Part shown: positions 42,331 to 56,000 of the stretch, in pieces
How the letters are laid out: each line of letters starts with the position of its first letter
How positions within the stretch are numbered: position 1 is the first letter of the stretch
Source of the DNA: Balanoglossus misakiensis
Lineage: Eukaryota > Animalia > Hemichordata
Reading direction: 5' to 3'
Assembly (NCBI GenBank): GCA_040954595.2
Contig: CM082576.2
Coordinates: forward strand, 10,419,129-10,483,128
Length of the DNA stretch: 64,000 bases
Made by a program: the position numbers and the translations under genes
The notes under the pieces: model-generated
What the model was told of the DNA's origin: nothing
Database searches by the model: none
What the model saw: only the letters and a program-made list of their open reading frames with translations

Positions 42331-45300
42331 TTACTTGCCACTTTCGCCCCTGCCTTCGTAGATCATTTTGATGGCCTGTGGACAACACAGGAAAGAAGTC
42401 AAGCATTGGGAATACTGCTATTTCAAAAAAAAAAGTCAAGGTTCTTCAGCTGTGAATTCTTACTTCAACTCAACATTGCACAAATTACACACTTGTTGCA
42501 GTTTTAACCTTCCTTCCAGAAAGTTTTGTTTTAGCTATGTCTAAATCAGCTGAACGTAAAAACTCTGATCAACCCTGATTGTCAATGTATTATGTATTCA
42601 AACCACAGTGGGATACCAGGGCTCACCTTTTGCATGCTGGCTAACCAAGACATGCCCTGTTTCTTGTTGTGGCTCTCGGACACCGTCCACTTCAGCTCTG
42701 TGACTTTGCCTTGCTGCTTGTACTTTAACGTCAGTCCTGTGGGGACAAGATGCCCAGCTGCAAGGCAAAAAAGGTGACACCTGTCAACGCCTCTCCGCAC
42801 AAACCCTGAGAAAACGTCACTCTGGTTGGATCGTTTGTCCAAACACAGACACTGATTCAAATCATTTCCATTACACAACTTGGATGCAGTTTCTGCGCAA
42901 CTCCTGGTGGTTGCTGATGGCCTACATGTACATGCTCACAGGAATTACATTCATGTACAGTGTAGTCACGGTAACAGCTGATGCAACCGAATATGCTGCA
43001 AATGAGATGCACATTTACAATCAACACCAAAACACAGTTACCAGTACATTACTATGCACATTTCATAACTTCAACAACCATGGGTATATGGCAATTTAGC
43101 ATTTTATAAGGACAAACCAGTTAGCTTCTATGGATTGTATCTGGATAGGCTGAAAGGTAACACCAAATACACGACAACACCACCAACCAAAACACGCAAC
43201 TGCACACTACAATCTAAATGGAACCTAACAGGAAGATTACACAACCACATCATCACTAACTCACCAATGAAGTCCAAACACCATGGAATCAATGTGTTGA
43301 AATTTCAGAAAAAATGGCGAATAAGATGAACAGAGAAAACAGAACATTACTGTAATGCTGATGGAGAAATGGCAACTGAAGACAGTGAAGTGCACTTGAT
43401 ATGATAACATCATAAGCTGTAATGACTTTCTTCAGTCAAAAATTCTGTCTTCATAGTTAGAATATAGAGCTTTTTCAACTATTTTCATGTTTTTTTTTCT
43501 GCTAAAAAGTTTTGGTATGACTGAACAAAAGCACCAAAGATTACCTTGTGTTTCATCTCCTGAAGTGATTATCTGGGCTGCTACGATGTGATCTAACTGT
43601 AAGGGTGGATGCTTGGCATTCTCACCTCCATCAAAGGATATAAATCTGAAAAACAAATTCATGTAAAAGTACATTACTGGATTGTCCAAAACAATGATTT
43701 TTATGAAGAAGGGATTCTGTCTTTTTTTTGAACTTTTTTTTGATACTGCGTCTCAAAAGTAGGTTTCAGTTATTGATTTGGATGTACAATGTAGCTTCAA
43801 TGAAGAGTTTCCTGTACTCGTATCCCTTTGTTGGTTAATGGACCCGCATTTGACACTTAGTGCCAATCACTTACCTGTTGTCCTGTGTCAGTTTACAAAG
43901 AAAATTTTCATTCTCATTTTCATCTATGCTGTCATCTGACACTAGGAAATGGGCACCTAAAAGAACGGTGATAAAATTGAAAATGTTTCAATGCGCGACT
44001 ACTGTTAATGACTGGGTTCATGAAGATGTCCACTTTTTCAATACACGCTTTTCCCATGGAATCGTTTTTTTTGCAAATATTACGACTGACAATATCTTTG
44101 TTATTATTATTTTGATCAAATTTTTAAAAATTGATCTTTCAGTTCTCAGACACCGCACTTTTGGTTTCTAGAGTAAAGTACATAGAGTTTATCATTTACT
44201 GACTACGTCACTATTTTCAGTTGTCAATAAATTGAAAGGAAAGACGTTAACGCACAGTATTATTGTATCAGCTTACCGTTCATTAAAACTTTGATGTGTT
44301 TGTCAAAGAATTCATTCTCCTTCCTTGTCACAGTGACGCAAGCACCGCACACCCTGACGGGATCCACAAACGCAAACCTCGGCAACGCTATGTTGTTCCC
44401 ACAGCACACGCTACAAAAACACTTCCCACACCTGCGACAATGATGCTGCAAGCAAGAAAACAAGGCCTGGGTCAACATGATGCCCCTTTCATCCCTTCAT
44501 CTTAGTTAGTTTAAAATTCATTCAATAATACAATATTGAGTTCAGCATAAACTTACATTTGTATCGCATAAAACTAAAAGCACATTCCTCAGATGAGTGC
44601 AATCCCTTATTGTAAAGTATTAAGTATAGGCACCTCTAATCATCATAAATTTCTATTAAAAAGCCCCTGCTAAGCGCATATGTCTCCAAATGCTTTTAAA
44701 TTGTATTCAGTGATGATCCGCAGGTGTATAATGATAGGGTTGTACAAATAATATGCCATCTATACAAAAAACGCATTGAGCCCTTGTCCATACATGACAA
44801 ACAACTTTACGGGCATGTACTCACCCTTCTCTTCATGAGATCAAATCTGGCATGACACTCCATACACTCATTACACTGAAACATAAACAGAACACCACTT
44901 TGCACCCAAAAATGTTACTAGAAACATATACCCCTGGACTTTTGATTGCACATTCATGACCCCACATATGCATGGTACACTATTGCACTGATTACCCATA
45001 CACTAAGTTTACAGCCTAGGATTTGCATTATTGTTGAAGGCGCTATATACTATATATGGTGTTATTTCGGTAAAAAGAAGTTTCCTGGGTTGCAGAAGTC
45101 ATCTAACTAGAATCTCTGGAAACCAGTTTTATATTACAAATGTACTAGGCTAGTGTTTTGTTAGCAGTTATCAGTGACACTGCAGCAGACATCTTGCTTT
45201 TTTAGTTGTTGCTTTAGTCTGTAAGATCTTGCTCCAATTAATGTTCACAACAGAGTAAATCTAGGACCAAAGTAACAAACCTAATCTAGTAATCAACCAA

Positions 45301-45759
45301 TACATAAGTATGTCAACGTCAAACGATGTAAGTTGTGGTGTAATTAATTAATGATCGATTGATTAAACATATGTGCGGTATTTCGTGCTACAGGTTTCCA
45401 ACGCTTATAGTATACAAACAAATAATGCAAATGTCGTTGTTGGTCATAGTGAATTCACGGCTGGGCAGTAAATTTCTCCAACACTTTACATGTCAATTCG
45501 TAATGATGCACTTCTTCAATACGAAGTGTCCTCCCTTTATTTACAAAATTACATTTCAACTTCCGGTGTACGTGCTGCCTCGCTCGTTACAGTTTGTGAA
45601 ACGAAAATCTCCCCCTAAAATGCAGTACTTCTTTACCTCATTATCTGGCACCCACGGAGGCTCCTCCAATTCGAAAGGACTTCGGAATCTGTCATTCACA
45701 CATACCATCCGCAGGCCACTTTTGGACCGAACTAATTTCTTGTCTCCTGGCGCCGCCAT
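42331..45759 (-). CDS. ZFYVE21: Zinc finger FYVE domain-containing protein 21
   Basis: Seven minus-strand exons. MAAPGDKKLVRSKSGLRMV...[48 protein letters not shown]...LPRFAFVDPVRVCGAC...ENEFFDKHIKVLMNGAHFLV; ends WLASMQK-AIKMIYEGRGESGK*. Confidence 0.95.
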
Positions 45760-48029
45760 CTTGGGTTTGTTGTCAATGGTGGTTGTCAGTTGTGTTCTCC
45801 AGTAATCACACACCACGTCCTTGGTGGGTGGTCTATCTCCTTCCTCTCTATTTTTTTTTTATGTCAGCACAGAATCACTGCTATTAAAACACGGCATCGT
45901 GTGACACATGTAAATTTGAAATGATACCTAACAACGCCATCTAAAGATATACTATTATTTTCTCCAGAAATCAATATTAAACAGAACGTACCAGCGGATG
46001 ATTTGACATCACAGTCATACACGCATAGGCCTACCCTCAGCCTTGGAGAATACATGTATATTGTGTATTACCACAGTCCCTCAAATATTTCCATTTCATT
46101 TATTTGTATGACACATTAATTCCACTTGGTAAGACGAATTGTATATACAATAAATTTGCTCCGTATTAGTCATCATTACGGTGTGTTTCTTTTTATTAAG
46201 ATTTTTTCCTCTTTTTGAGATGGGCATATTGGGAAGTCTGCATTTTACAGACTATCCGGTCTCAGTTGCTGTAATTTTGTACATTCCGGCAAATATCAAC
46301 GAGCGTGGATCAGAATATATACCACTTGTCATCATGAACGGATTGTCATTGAGTGAATGTCGCAAAAAAAGTCCGATCTGTACTAAAAACAAGTAGGATG
46401 GGAAAATAATGTTTTCTATTTATTTTTGTTTTTAAAATTCATCGATGTACAAGCAAGGAAAGTTACAATGCATGTCCACAGGAGTCACGCGTTTTCTCGT
46501 AAATGATCATCCGCACAATCCACGCGCATTCGAAGCGTCCTACGTTTTCCACATTTCTGATTATTGTACGTACCCAGCTTGGGATAGATTATATGCTTCA
46601 AACACAAGTAATAAAGTAGGCCTAAGTGTCTTGAGTATGGATATTCAAAATATATACTTTATACTACGTCATCTGTGACAAAAGGCTGTCTCGTCATGAA
46701 AAAAATGGTGTTCCAGTGTACTTTTAGTTTCTTGTGACAAGCTTGATGTATTTTACCGGAATATATAATATATACCTAACATCTAGAAATAAAAGATTAC
46801 ATTTTTTATAACACAGGAATAAGGCCTAGGCCTAATGTTTATTTTTTTTCATTTAATACATTCTATGTATTTTTTATTTCATCGTGGTACTGAAAGAGAT
46901 CCACGTTTAAGAACATACTATTTTAAAGAAGATGCATTTTTCGGGATGCGTAAAATCTTGTGAACTTCTTTGGTTGACGGAGACGGTCATTTTCAAACAC
47001 TCCGTATAATCTTCCAGGTTTCCCCATCGTTCCCTCGCACGGGTCGTTGGCTCGACTAGACTCCCTAATATTCGGAGAGCAAAGCCCTTGGTGCGAAAAG
47101 ATGGGATTCCCCAGGAAATTAAATGGTCCGCCCCTTAGTAGATTTATATGGAACCATGGCCGAATAATAAACTATCAAATTCAATGTTACAGCGCCACCA
47201 TATTTACGACACGGGAATCCTGTTATGCGGAAGAGCGATAACAGAACCGTACATTGTACCATGGACTTACTGGAGGCCACTGACACACGTTTTGTAATCT
47301 CCGTATAGTTTTTGAGGTACTGGTCTCGAGTACCGGTATCTGTTTTGAAAAAGTCCCCCATCGATTTGTGGAGCAGCCACGATTTATCACTCGACTGGAA
47401 TCATGCATGACTCACGACTTGTTTCAAATCAAAGCTAGCTGAGCCGGAGAAATATCATGTTTCTCGAACCACTGTGTTTGGACTAGCATGTTCAACGTCC
47501 GCTTTGGGTGCTGTACTTTGGAGCGACATGGAATCCACGGCGATTGCGCCAAAAACTGCCAAGGGTACTGCCTTTGGCCATATTGTTCAGCGCAGTCTTC
47601 GCGATGTTGCTGGAGATTTTGCACACTCGGTTCGTCGTGGATCTGTCCTCAGGGTAGGTCAAAAGTCAGGTGACCATTCTAATGGAAATCTCGTGTATTC
47701 CGAGAGCTGATTTTGGAATGGTTGTTTAAAAACATTCTATGACTTTTCTGCGTCAAATACAAGTATAAAACACAGTGTTTGTTTTGTTGCCTTTACCGCT
47801 CGTGTGCACTGGGTCATTCTTTTCCTGATACGGTTTGTACACCAACATGAAAAGTTTGTTATTATTTCTCGCGTTCGGTGAGAGAAGAGTACGCATGCGT
47901 ACATAGCCAGGTCGCCATTTTGAAATCTTTGAGAAGAAAGTACCGTAATGGGGGCTTGTTTATGAATGATGTCTGCATTGATTGTTCCGAAGGTTCTCCG
48001 TATTTTGTATCCAACAGCCAAAGTTTGAA
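45760..48029. promoter_or_regulatory. Divergent ZFYVE21/RALGAPA promoter region
   Basis: Head-to-head genes; CpG-rich ~46950-48250; palindrome GTACGCATGCGTAC at 47889-47902; YY1-like CGCCATTTT at ~47913. Confidence 0.55.
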
Positions 48030-51000
48030 ATGTTCAGCAAGAAGCAGCATGGCGATGTCAAGAAATCATCTCAGAAAGTATTGGATGCAAGAAAAGACCC
48101 CATCACCAGGTTGAAACATCTTCGTGTCATCCTCGGTGAGTTTCAAACGTGTATGCGTTTCGCAGCGCACGCCCCGGTGATCGTACTGATAGTGATATTA
48201 GCGATAGCGACACGCCATTTACAAATAAGCCGGTCTAGATTTTTCGAAAGGTGTCACGTTGCAGTGCTTCCACTCGTTATTTTCCAGTGACACGAGTCAA
48301 AGAATGCACCATGATTGTGAATCATAGCATCACACAGGTGCTGTCATCTTGTCACAGTTTGCCTGCATAAAAATGCCTAAGGGGTTGGGTAGCAAGGGGG
48401 TGTAACCATGGACGTAACACTGTGGTACGTCCACGGTCTATACTCAGCTTGTTTTAGTACTACTGACACTGTTGACAGTGTCAATGACAGTGTACTTATT
48501 ATCGTAATCCAGTGGGTATCAGACCGCAAGGTGTTGCCAAAAGGTAAACACCCACCATTACAATATTACATGTTTCTTGTGTTTTGATTGTTGGGTAGTA
48601 ACGTTCACACATTGCACGAAGACTATAAAATTAAGCAAGACCCTAATGTGAACTACTGGTAATAATAAGTATTTAACGAAACCAGAAATGCTCACTTTTG
48701 TTGCGCATACTACAGCCAGGATGTACATGTTGACCCTTTGTAAATATATAATGTCATGTAACAGTACTCGCCAGGTAGGGGATTCTGTGTGTGGGGATAC
48801 TTTCTGCTTGCAACTAGCACTCTACAATTACAAATATTCTCATAGGCTTAGCTTTCAATACTGTGAATTTTCAATCATGCATGATGTAAAATTTGAAATG
48901 CAATCAGTATCACAATTGCCCTCAGATTTGAGTTTCTGAGTAAAATCGGTGATGCCCTTTGCATACAATTTTAGCATCATGATGAACATGTATTATGTAT
49001 TCAGTGTATTGCAGTGTTCCTCCCCATTGTAAATAAAGCATTGTGACCACCACTCTTTGATTTTGGTAAAACTATTAGACTTCATGAACATGACAATTTC
49101 TTCTTTTGTTATGTAAATAAGCCACCAAGCTATCACAAATTCCTGGGGAGAACACTGTTACTACTGTATTTTTTATTGCTGCACTTAACATCACAGGAAA
49201 TATTCCAAGCTTCACTGCGCTAGCCATTGACATGTGAAAGTGCATACAGAAGACATAAATTGATAAATGCAAATGAGCAAGTGGATGAGTCTAAACTCTT
49301 TGAGCTTGGAATCCAAAATGAACATTTCCTCTTTTAATATTGTCCAGTTGAGTCACAGCCACCGGTACCTGTGTACTGTTATGATAATACCCATAGCAGG
49401 TTGCTATCTTGCTGAGCCTTTGCCCATATCTGATTTCCCCCTGGCCCAGGATGACCTTGTTGGTTGACTGTCACTTGCCAACACAACCTTCAATGCTGCA
49501 GCCATCAGGCGTGAATGCATGCTTGGAAAGCCATGCCACACCAAGGAAACAGTCATTCCCTACATGTATGTTGAAATCAGTGGAGTATTCAACTCATGAA
49601 TACAAAATCATTATCACGTCTGTCGTCATATTCAATTAAAGTTCTAGAAAGTTATAAATTAAACTCTGAATTGTCACGTTGTGCGAAAATTTCGGGCAAT
49701 CTGTAATTTATTATCAATATGAAAATGCCCACTCCCCAACATTATTTGCACATTTATATAACAACAGTTTACATTCCAGTCGACATTTTTGGAAATTCCG
49801 TTTTGTTTTTTCCAGCATTCAGCATCGTGAGCTCAGTGGCATTCATGAGAAATGTGATGCATGACTGACAATGTCAATTATTGGAGTCCGTGATGATTTT
49901 GATTTTGAATATTTTAATCAAATGGAGCATAAACGTGAAAGCTTTAAATTCATTTTGTGAAATATCATTTCGATGTGAAAATGCAAATTGCACAGTAAGT
50001 AAACACATTACAGTGGCAGATGATGGTTGGAATTGCTTTAAAAGAAAATGGACAATTACCATTCATGTACATGTTGGTCTTAACATAGGTACAGCACAGC
50101 CTAAGAAACTTTGGGTAGTGTCTTTGTCTTTAAAAAAATGCCAGTATACCACAACCCTTTAATTTTGGGAAACAATAGAAACTCATCAATATAACAATAA
50201 CCTATATAGTTTAATATGCAAATATTATCAGGTACTCTTGCAGACCTTCTAGCAGAGAACCCGGAGAAGTCTTTACAAACACAGTCATCCACAGAAATAA
50301 AATCCGCAATTGGCCATATTTTGATCTGACTGTTATTTGTACAGTTTATAATGTCAATATGATAAATTACTCTGGCAGAGACATGTAGGCTGTTGTGTCA
50401 TTGGCCCCTCACTTCAGAGACACAAATTAATACTACGAAAGAGCTGAATGGAAGAAATAACAGTTAAAACTGATGGGCAGTTTATTTGTGTAATTAATTA
50501 CGGTGTTTATTGAAGTGTTCTTCACCAAAATGTTTTCATAATGAGGACTTCGTAAGGATGACTACTTGTACGTTTGTAGTGTCACTGAAGTTCCATGCCC
50601 TTTCATTTTCATTGTGCGTGGTCACCATAATAGCCATGTGAACGCCAGCTGGTGTGGAAGCATTGGTGAAAAGCAGAGATAACATGATATGTATACATGT
50701 ATACAAAAATTCATTAATGCACTGAGAATATCCAGGGCCCCTTTTTATGAACCTGTCTGGGCATACACCTCCGTTATTATATATGTGCCAGGTCTGTGCC
50801 TGGGGTAACCCCCTCCCCTCATCACATGACATGCCATTCGTTGTCCTTCACAATCACACCATGCATCTGTTGTTAGTCTTTCTCTCGATGCTCTTGTTGC
50901 CATGGTTATGAGAACTTCAGATGGGTACTGGGAAAATATAAAGTACAGTATGGTCACCATCAGATTATTTGAATCAGGTATTTTTTCAACATAATACACA

Positions 51001-52971
51001 ATTCCTCTTTTGTTTACATGTCATCAAAACAAGTATGCAGTCACTAAAAGCTACACATTATTGTCACGATGTACATTTACACCTGCAGACTGAATAAAAG
51101 CTGTTCACAATTTTACATTGTTATTGTGACTGTAGGCAATATGTGTGTTTGTAGACTTGCTTTCGCCTCTAACTGTATCATTGTTATTGAAGCCAGACTA
51201 GAGAGATGATAAAAACACCCCTGAATATTCGGTGCCTTGTTATGTTCCATATGTATTTAATTTTAATTTACCTGGGGTGGTATGTATATGTAATCAGATT
51301 TGTTTCAGTCTTAGGGTCAGAATTTGTAGAGATGGAAATTGTCCGTTGTGAATTTAATCAGTATTGCAAGAGCTGCGATCAAGGTACATTTGCATGGGTT
51401 TTAAATTATTTTAGTATTCCTATTAAAATATGTGTGTCTTCACCTTCTATGAAAAACACCCTGAAGTTTTCTTTCTGTTTCCTCAGTCTCTGGTTAATAT
51501 TAATTTTTTCCTCCATTGATTACATTTATCCTACCACATCATTACTTTTATTTCTCATGGAAATAATAATCAAGCAGATTAATTAATTCGCATTTAGATG
51601 AAGCTGATGAATGGCCCCCAGCCAACATTTTATTAGGAAAATAAATAATGGAAAGGAAAGCTTAGCTGTACTTGCCCTGTGGTGCATTAAACATGATTCT
51701 GCTGATATTTTTTTCCATAATATATTGTTTTATGTACGTTTAGTTACAGTGTAAAAAATCTCCATTGCAACACAACAATCACTTCCCACTGTTTAGTGTG
51801 TATACAGTGTCTTGATACATCCAAGATATTGGATGCACCCTCATCACATGTCTGCGTACATGTAGTTTGGATTACAATCTTCTCAACTGCCTACATTGTC
51901 ACTCAAGGCTTCCACAAGTGTACAAAAATCACTTGTCTTCCTGAAAGGGGTTTCCGGCGAGGCAATTGAAAAAGTTGTGCTTGTTTCGAATCACTGACAA
52001 CACAGTTATTCCTTTGTAACTTTATTAGATCTTGAGATTGACAGTTTCGTTAAATTGCTTTCAGTGACACTGTCTTGCCAACATGTACCTCTGCACATGG
52101 ATAAATATAAAGGGTTTAGTTGAAGTGGTCACAGTTGGGTTTTCCACATAAATCCTTTCCAGTTCTTTAGAATTGCAATGAACAGTCATGTAGTGTTTCA
52201 TATTAGAGTGAACTAGAAAATCGTGCAGTTTTGTTTGAAACTCATACATGCTGATGACTCGAAGCGCTCAACACGCTCAAGGTGTAGCTTTTTGCACAAA
52301 TTCTTCTGTGGCAGTGTTTACTTGTGGCTCTTGGCAAGCGACAGTCTTATGTACAGACTGTACTTTGCCCTGGTGCGACACAGCTGCTGCTCATTCACCG
52401 GGAACTCGTCCATAATCTTTCAAACCTTGCAGAACAGCGTGAACTTTTAAGCAAAATGCAGAAGACAAGGATATTTCGCAATGATGAATTTATAGGATTT
52501 TATGGTTGCCCTCGAGTGTTGGTTGTAGTGTGCTGCGGTACTTGGTTGCAATACAACATGTACTAAATAACTTTGTATGCCCTAAAGCTCTCTGCAGTTG
52601 TCTCCTCACTGGGGTTCGACGTCTGCTGGCCATTCAGGACAAATTAACTTGATTTAGGCTAAAACAAGGGCTTTCATTGTGGAAATTCCTGGAGTTCTGA
52701 GTAGTGGTTTGCATCTTCTGTCAGATGTAACATTTAGGTAGAAACAAGTCATGTGATTCTCTGTGACAATTTTTGTACATGCTGTTTTGTGTGTGCTGTT
52801 GTTGTTCATGATGCAGTTGACCAAAATAAATCAGGTATATAGCAATGACTTATTTCAAATGTCAGGTATGTGATGTGGTAATACAATTACTGTATCTGGT
52901 AGCTGAAAGTGAAAGTTCAAATTTAGACAAACAGATCTATGCTCGTGGATGAAAGCATAAGATCAGTACAA

Positions 52972-53015
<44 letters not shown>

Positions 53016-56000
53016 TGATGATATTGATGATGATGATGATGATGATCATGATGATGATGATTTATACATCTCCATTTCAGAACATTCAGAAGTAGCAGAA
53101 GCCAAGGTGTTCTTTGAGCAATACTACTCGCACGTCTACCAGATCTTCTACGAGAACTTCATATCAGTGGAGGCATCCCTCAAACAGAAAGTACACAAGG
53201 CCCAAAGAGAAGAGCTGGATGGAATTTTATATGTCTTTGAGGTAAGCACGAAATATTTCTTTCTGAACCAACAGACATTTACAAAATCAGTATGGTGTGA
53301 AAGATTTCTATCTTTAGATCATAATCAGGCTTGCATCATCTCAGGAAAACTTGTTTGTGAAAAAAAATGTATCACGGAATGTGTTTAAACTCAGTCTTAT
53401 GGGAAGTGAAAATAATCACGTTTCAAAATGAGATTGCTGTATCAAAATGACTTCATCAATCATCAGTTTGCAGTTTGCTATGTGATTGGTTGTGCGAGCA
53501 AACAAAGCAGCGCGGTAGATTTTCAACCCAGTAGATCCTGTATATGAAAAATATCACTGTGTAGATGTATGTATCTCTATTTTTGCAGACATCTTATCTC
53601 TATCTGTGTGGAAATGTAAAACCTTTTAGTGTTTCTTCATCGTTTGTGGTGTGTCTGATGTAGATTGGATTGATAAGTTAGGGTCTCTGGTTGATAACAT
53701 CCCAGCAGTGCCACTATGATCACTGTTGATAACTTTGTTGGGAGACAGTATTGGGAGGGGACGGCGGCGGCGGTGTGCTTTGATCAACTGACAATAACAG
53801 TAGCCAGCATGGATAATTAGAAGTGGTGACGCACGCCCATGCCCTGCTGCAGTCTGATACAAATGAGATGGTTTTGTGCAGCATCTCTGTGCAGGCCTCA
53901 CAGGGCAGCCATTGATGTCGTGGTCGTGTTTTGTTTTCAAATTTTGCTTCTACCAGGACTCGGGAGTCAAAGATCACGTTCGCGTCATGTAAATGTGATG
54001 CCTGTACAAATGTGCCTGTGGATTAGACAAAATAGCAAGGGATCAGGAAACTCGTGTATATATGTACTTTCTCTGCATCCATGAATGATTGAGAATGATT
54101 GATGCGCATGTAAATGCTTCTTTTTTTGTGTTGGAAGAATGAATGGTACATATGTGTCACAGTTGACACACTGTACAGAGCGATTATTGCTGTATGCAAT
54201 CGCATGAGCTTGGGTTTCGCCAAAGGTTACTCACTACCTAGAGTAGGACATGCTGATCCATCTCACAATGTATATTTTTTACACTCTATTTTTTGCCAAA
54301 ATGACATTTTGCTCAAGGTTATTTTATATTACTGCTTTGGAGCACTGGGGGTGGGATGGGATGATTCTGATGGAAAATTCCTGTCAGGATTGAGTTTAAT
54401 AAAGAAAGGAGACAGTATAGGCATTGTCAGTTCATTCTTGGTTTTCTGCTGTGCAGTATTTCTATGACCTGCCTAGCAACACGCAAATCATCTTTGTAAT
54501 ACTAAAAAGTCACTCAGTTTTCAGACGAACAGGGGAAATCATTAGTCAAACAACCCCACAGTGAGCTGGAGAATATGAATCAAGTCTTATAGTGCCAGTC
54601 AGGATTTTCCCTTCAACAAATATAAATGAGAATCTATGCATGTACCATCTGAATCACCTCCGAGGGAAAGCTAGATGCTGCCTGGTTATATAGTCGGATT
54701 TATTTGTCTCCAAATGTCAAATGTTGCTTTAAAAACTGCAAATGCTGCCATTTTCATCAGGTTTTTCTAAAGGCTGTGTGACAACACCGCTATTTACTCC
54801 CCATGAATTCTGTGTAGTACTTGATTATGTCCAGCTCTATTGTGGTTCTGACAGCTGATGCAATCTAGTATTCAGTATTCTGCATGTTATCTGCGTTCTA
54901 TGTACATGTATGGTACACATACAGTATATGTTGTAGTTATTGAATAAAACTTAAAAGTGTGACGTTAATTAACTTCCAGACGTATACCCTTTAACATTTA
55001 CAATGAAGCTGCAGTTGGCTACAAAATGTAACTGGGATTAATATTTTACCCATTTTAGTACATCAGATACGTGCGGAATGCAGATTAGCTTCATTTGTGC
55101 ATCTTTGCTTTCCCAGGAATTTCATTCTGAATGATGCCCAGGTCATCAGTGTTTGTCTAGGGGGGGGGGGGGTGGTATATTTTTGTTGATGATTGTTTCT
55201 TTATATTTCAAGCTTTTGGCTCAGCGGATTGTTCATCAGGATGAATTATAAAATGTGTACAGAAAACATCAGAACAGAAACAGATATGCCTACTACTGGG
55301 GTACAAGACGGAGTAGTAACTTATGAAAAATAAGTGACATACATCTACATATTGCTAGATTCCACGTACATTTACATATTCCTGTAGCACTAGCAGATGG
55401 AGCTCTAAGCAACATTGTTGTAGATTATCACTTCATGGAGATATCTGTCAAACACAGTGAATATAAGCAATTAAATGGAGCCCAGTTTTGGTAAATTTCC
55501 CTCGTAACGGTGGCTTCTGGCAGATTGCGGAATTTTGGCTGCATGTCCAGTTAAAATCGGTCGTCGTTCAATGCACTGCCTGAAGGACTATTTCAAGTAG
55601 ACAGTGAAATTGCACACTTGCATTCCTGTAATTGGCAACATCTTTGGTGAATTATGGGTTTGGCGACAGAGTGGCTGATTTTAAAATAATTTATGTCTGG
55701 AATTAAGCAAATGTAGGTGGTAGAATCTTTGGATAACGTTCCTGTTATTATAGCATACTTACGAAGGAAGATTACAACATGGAAACCAAATTGTGGTGTT
55801 TTCAACAGAACAAACATTCTCATTTTCCTCTGACTCAGTGACTGAAATAACTTTACTCCACCTCAAGCCAAGTACACATACAAACAGACAGACAGGCAGG
55901 CAGATAGACAGACAGACCAACATGCGCAGATAGACTGAAATACGAGTTTGGTCATTAAGATGGATGTTCTGTAAGTACGGTTAATGTCCTGGTTACAAAT

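Noticed and set aside
52200-52445. Antisense coding-looking segment in RALGAPA intron 1 with C-K-V-TGA (CxxU-like)
   Set aside because: An in-frame TAA follows about 33 codons later, there is no Rdx-fold similarity, and no SECIS or upstream exon was identified. Likely chance or a decayed element.
52939-53080. Poly-Asp ORF start in frame with RALGAPA exon 2
   Set aside because: It is an intronic GAT microsatellite. The real exon starts at the acceptor 53080, and orthologs have no poly-Asp there.
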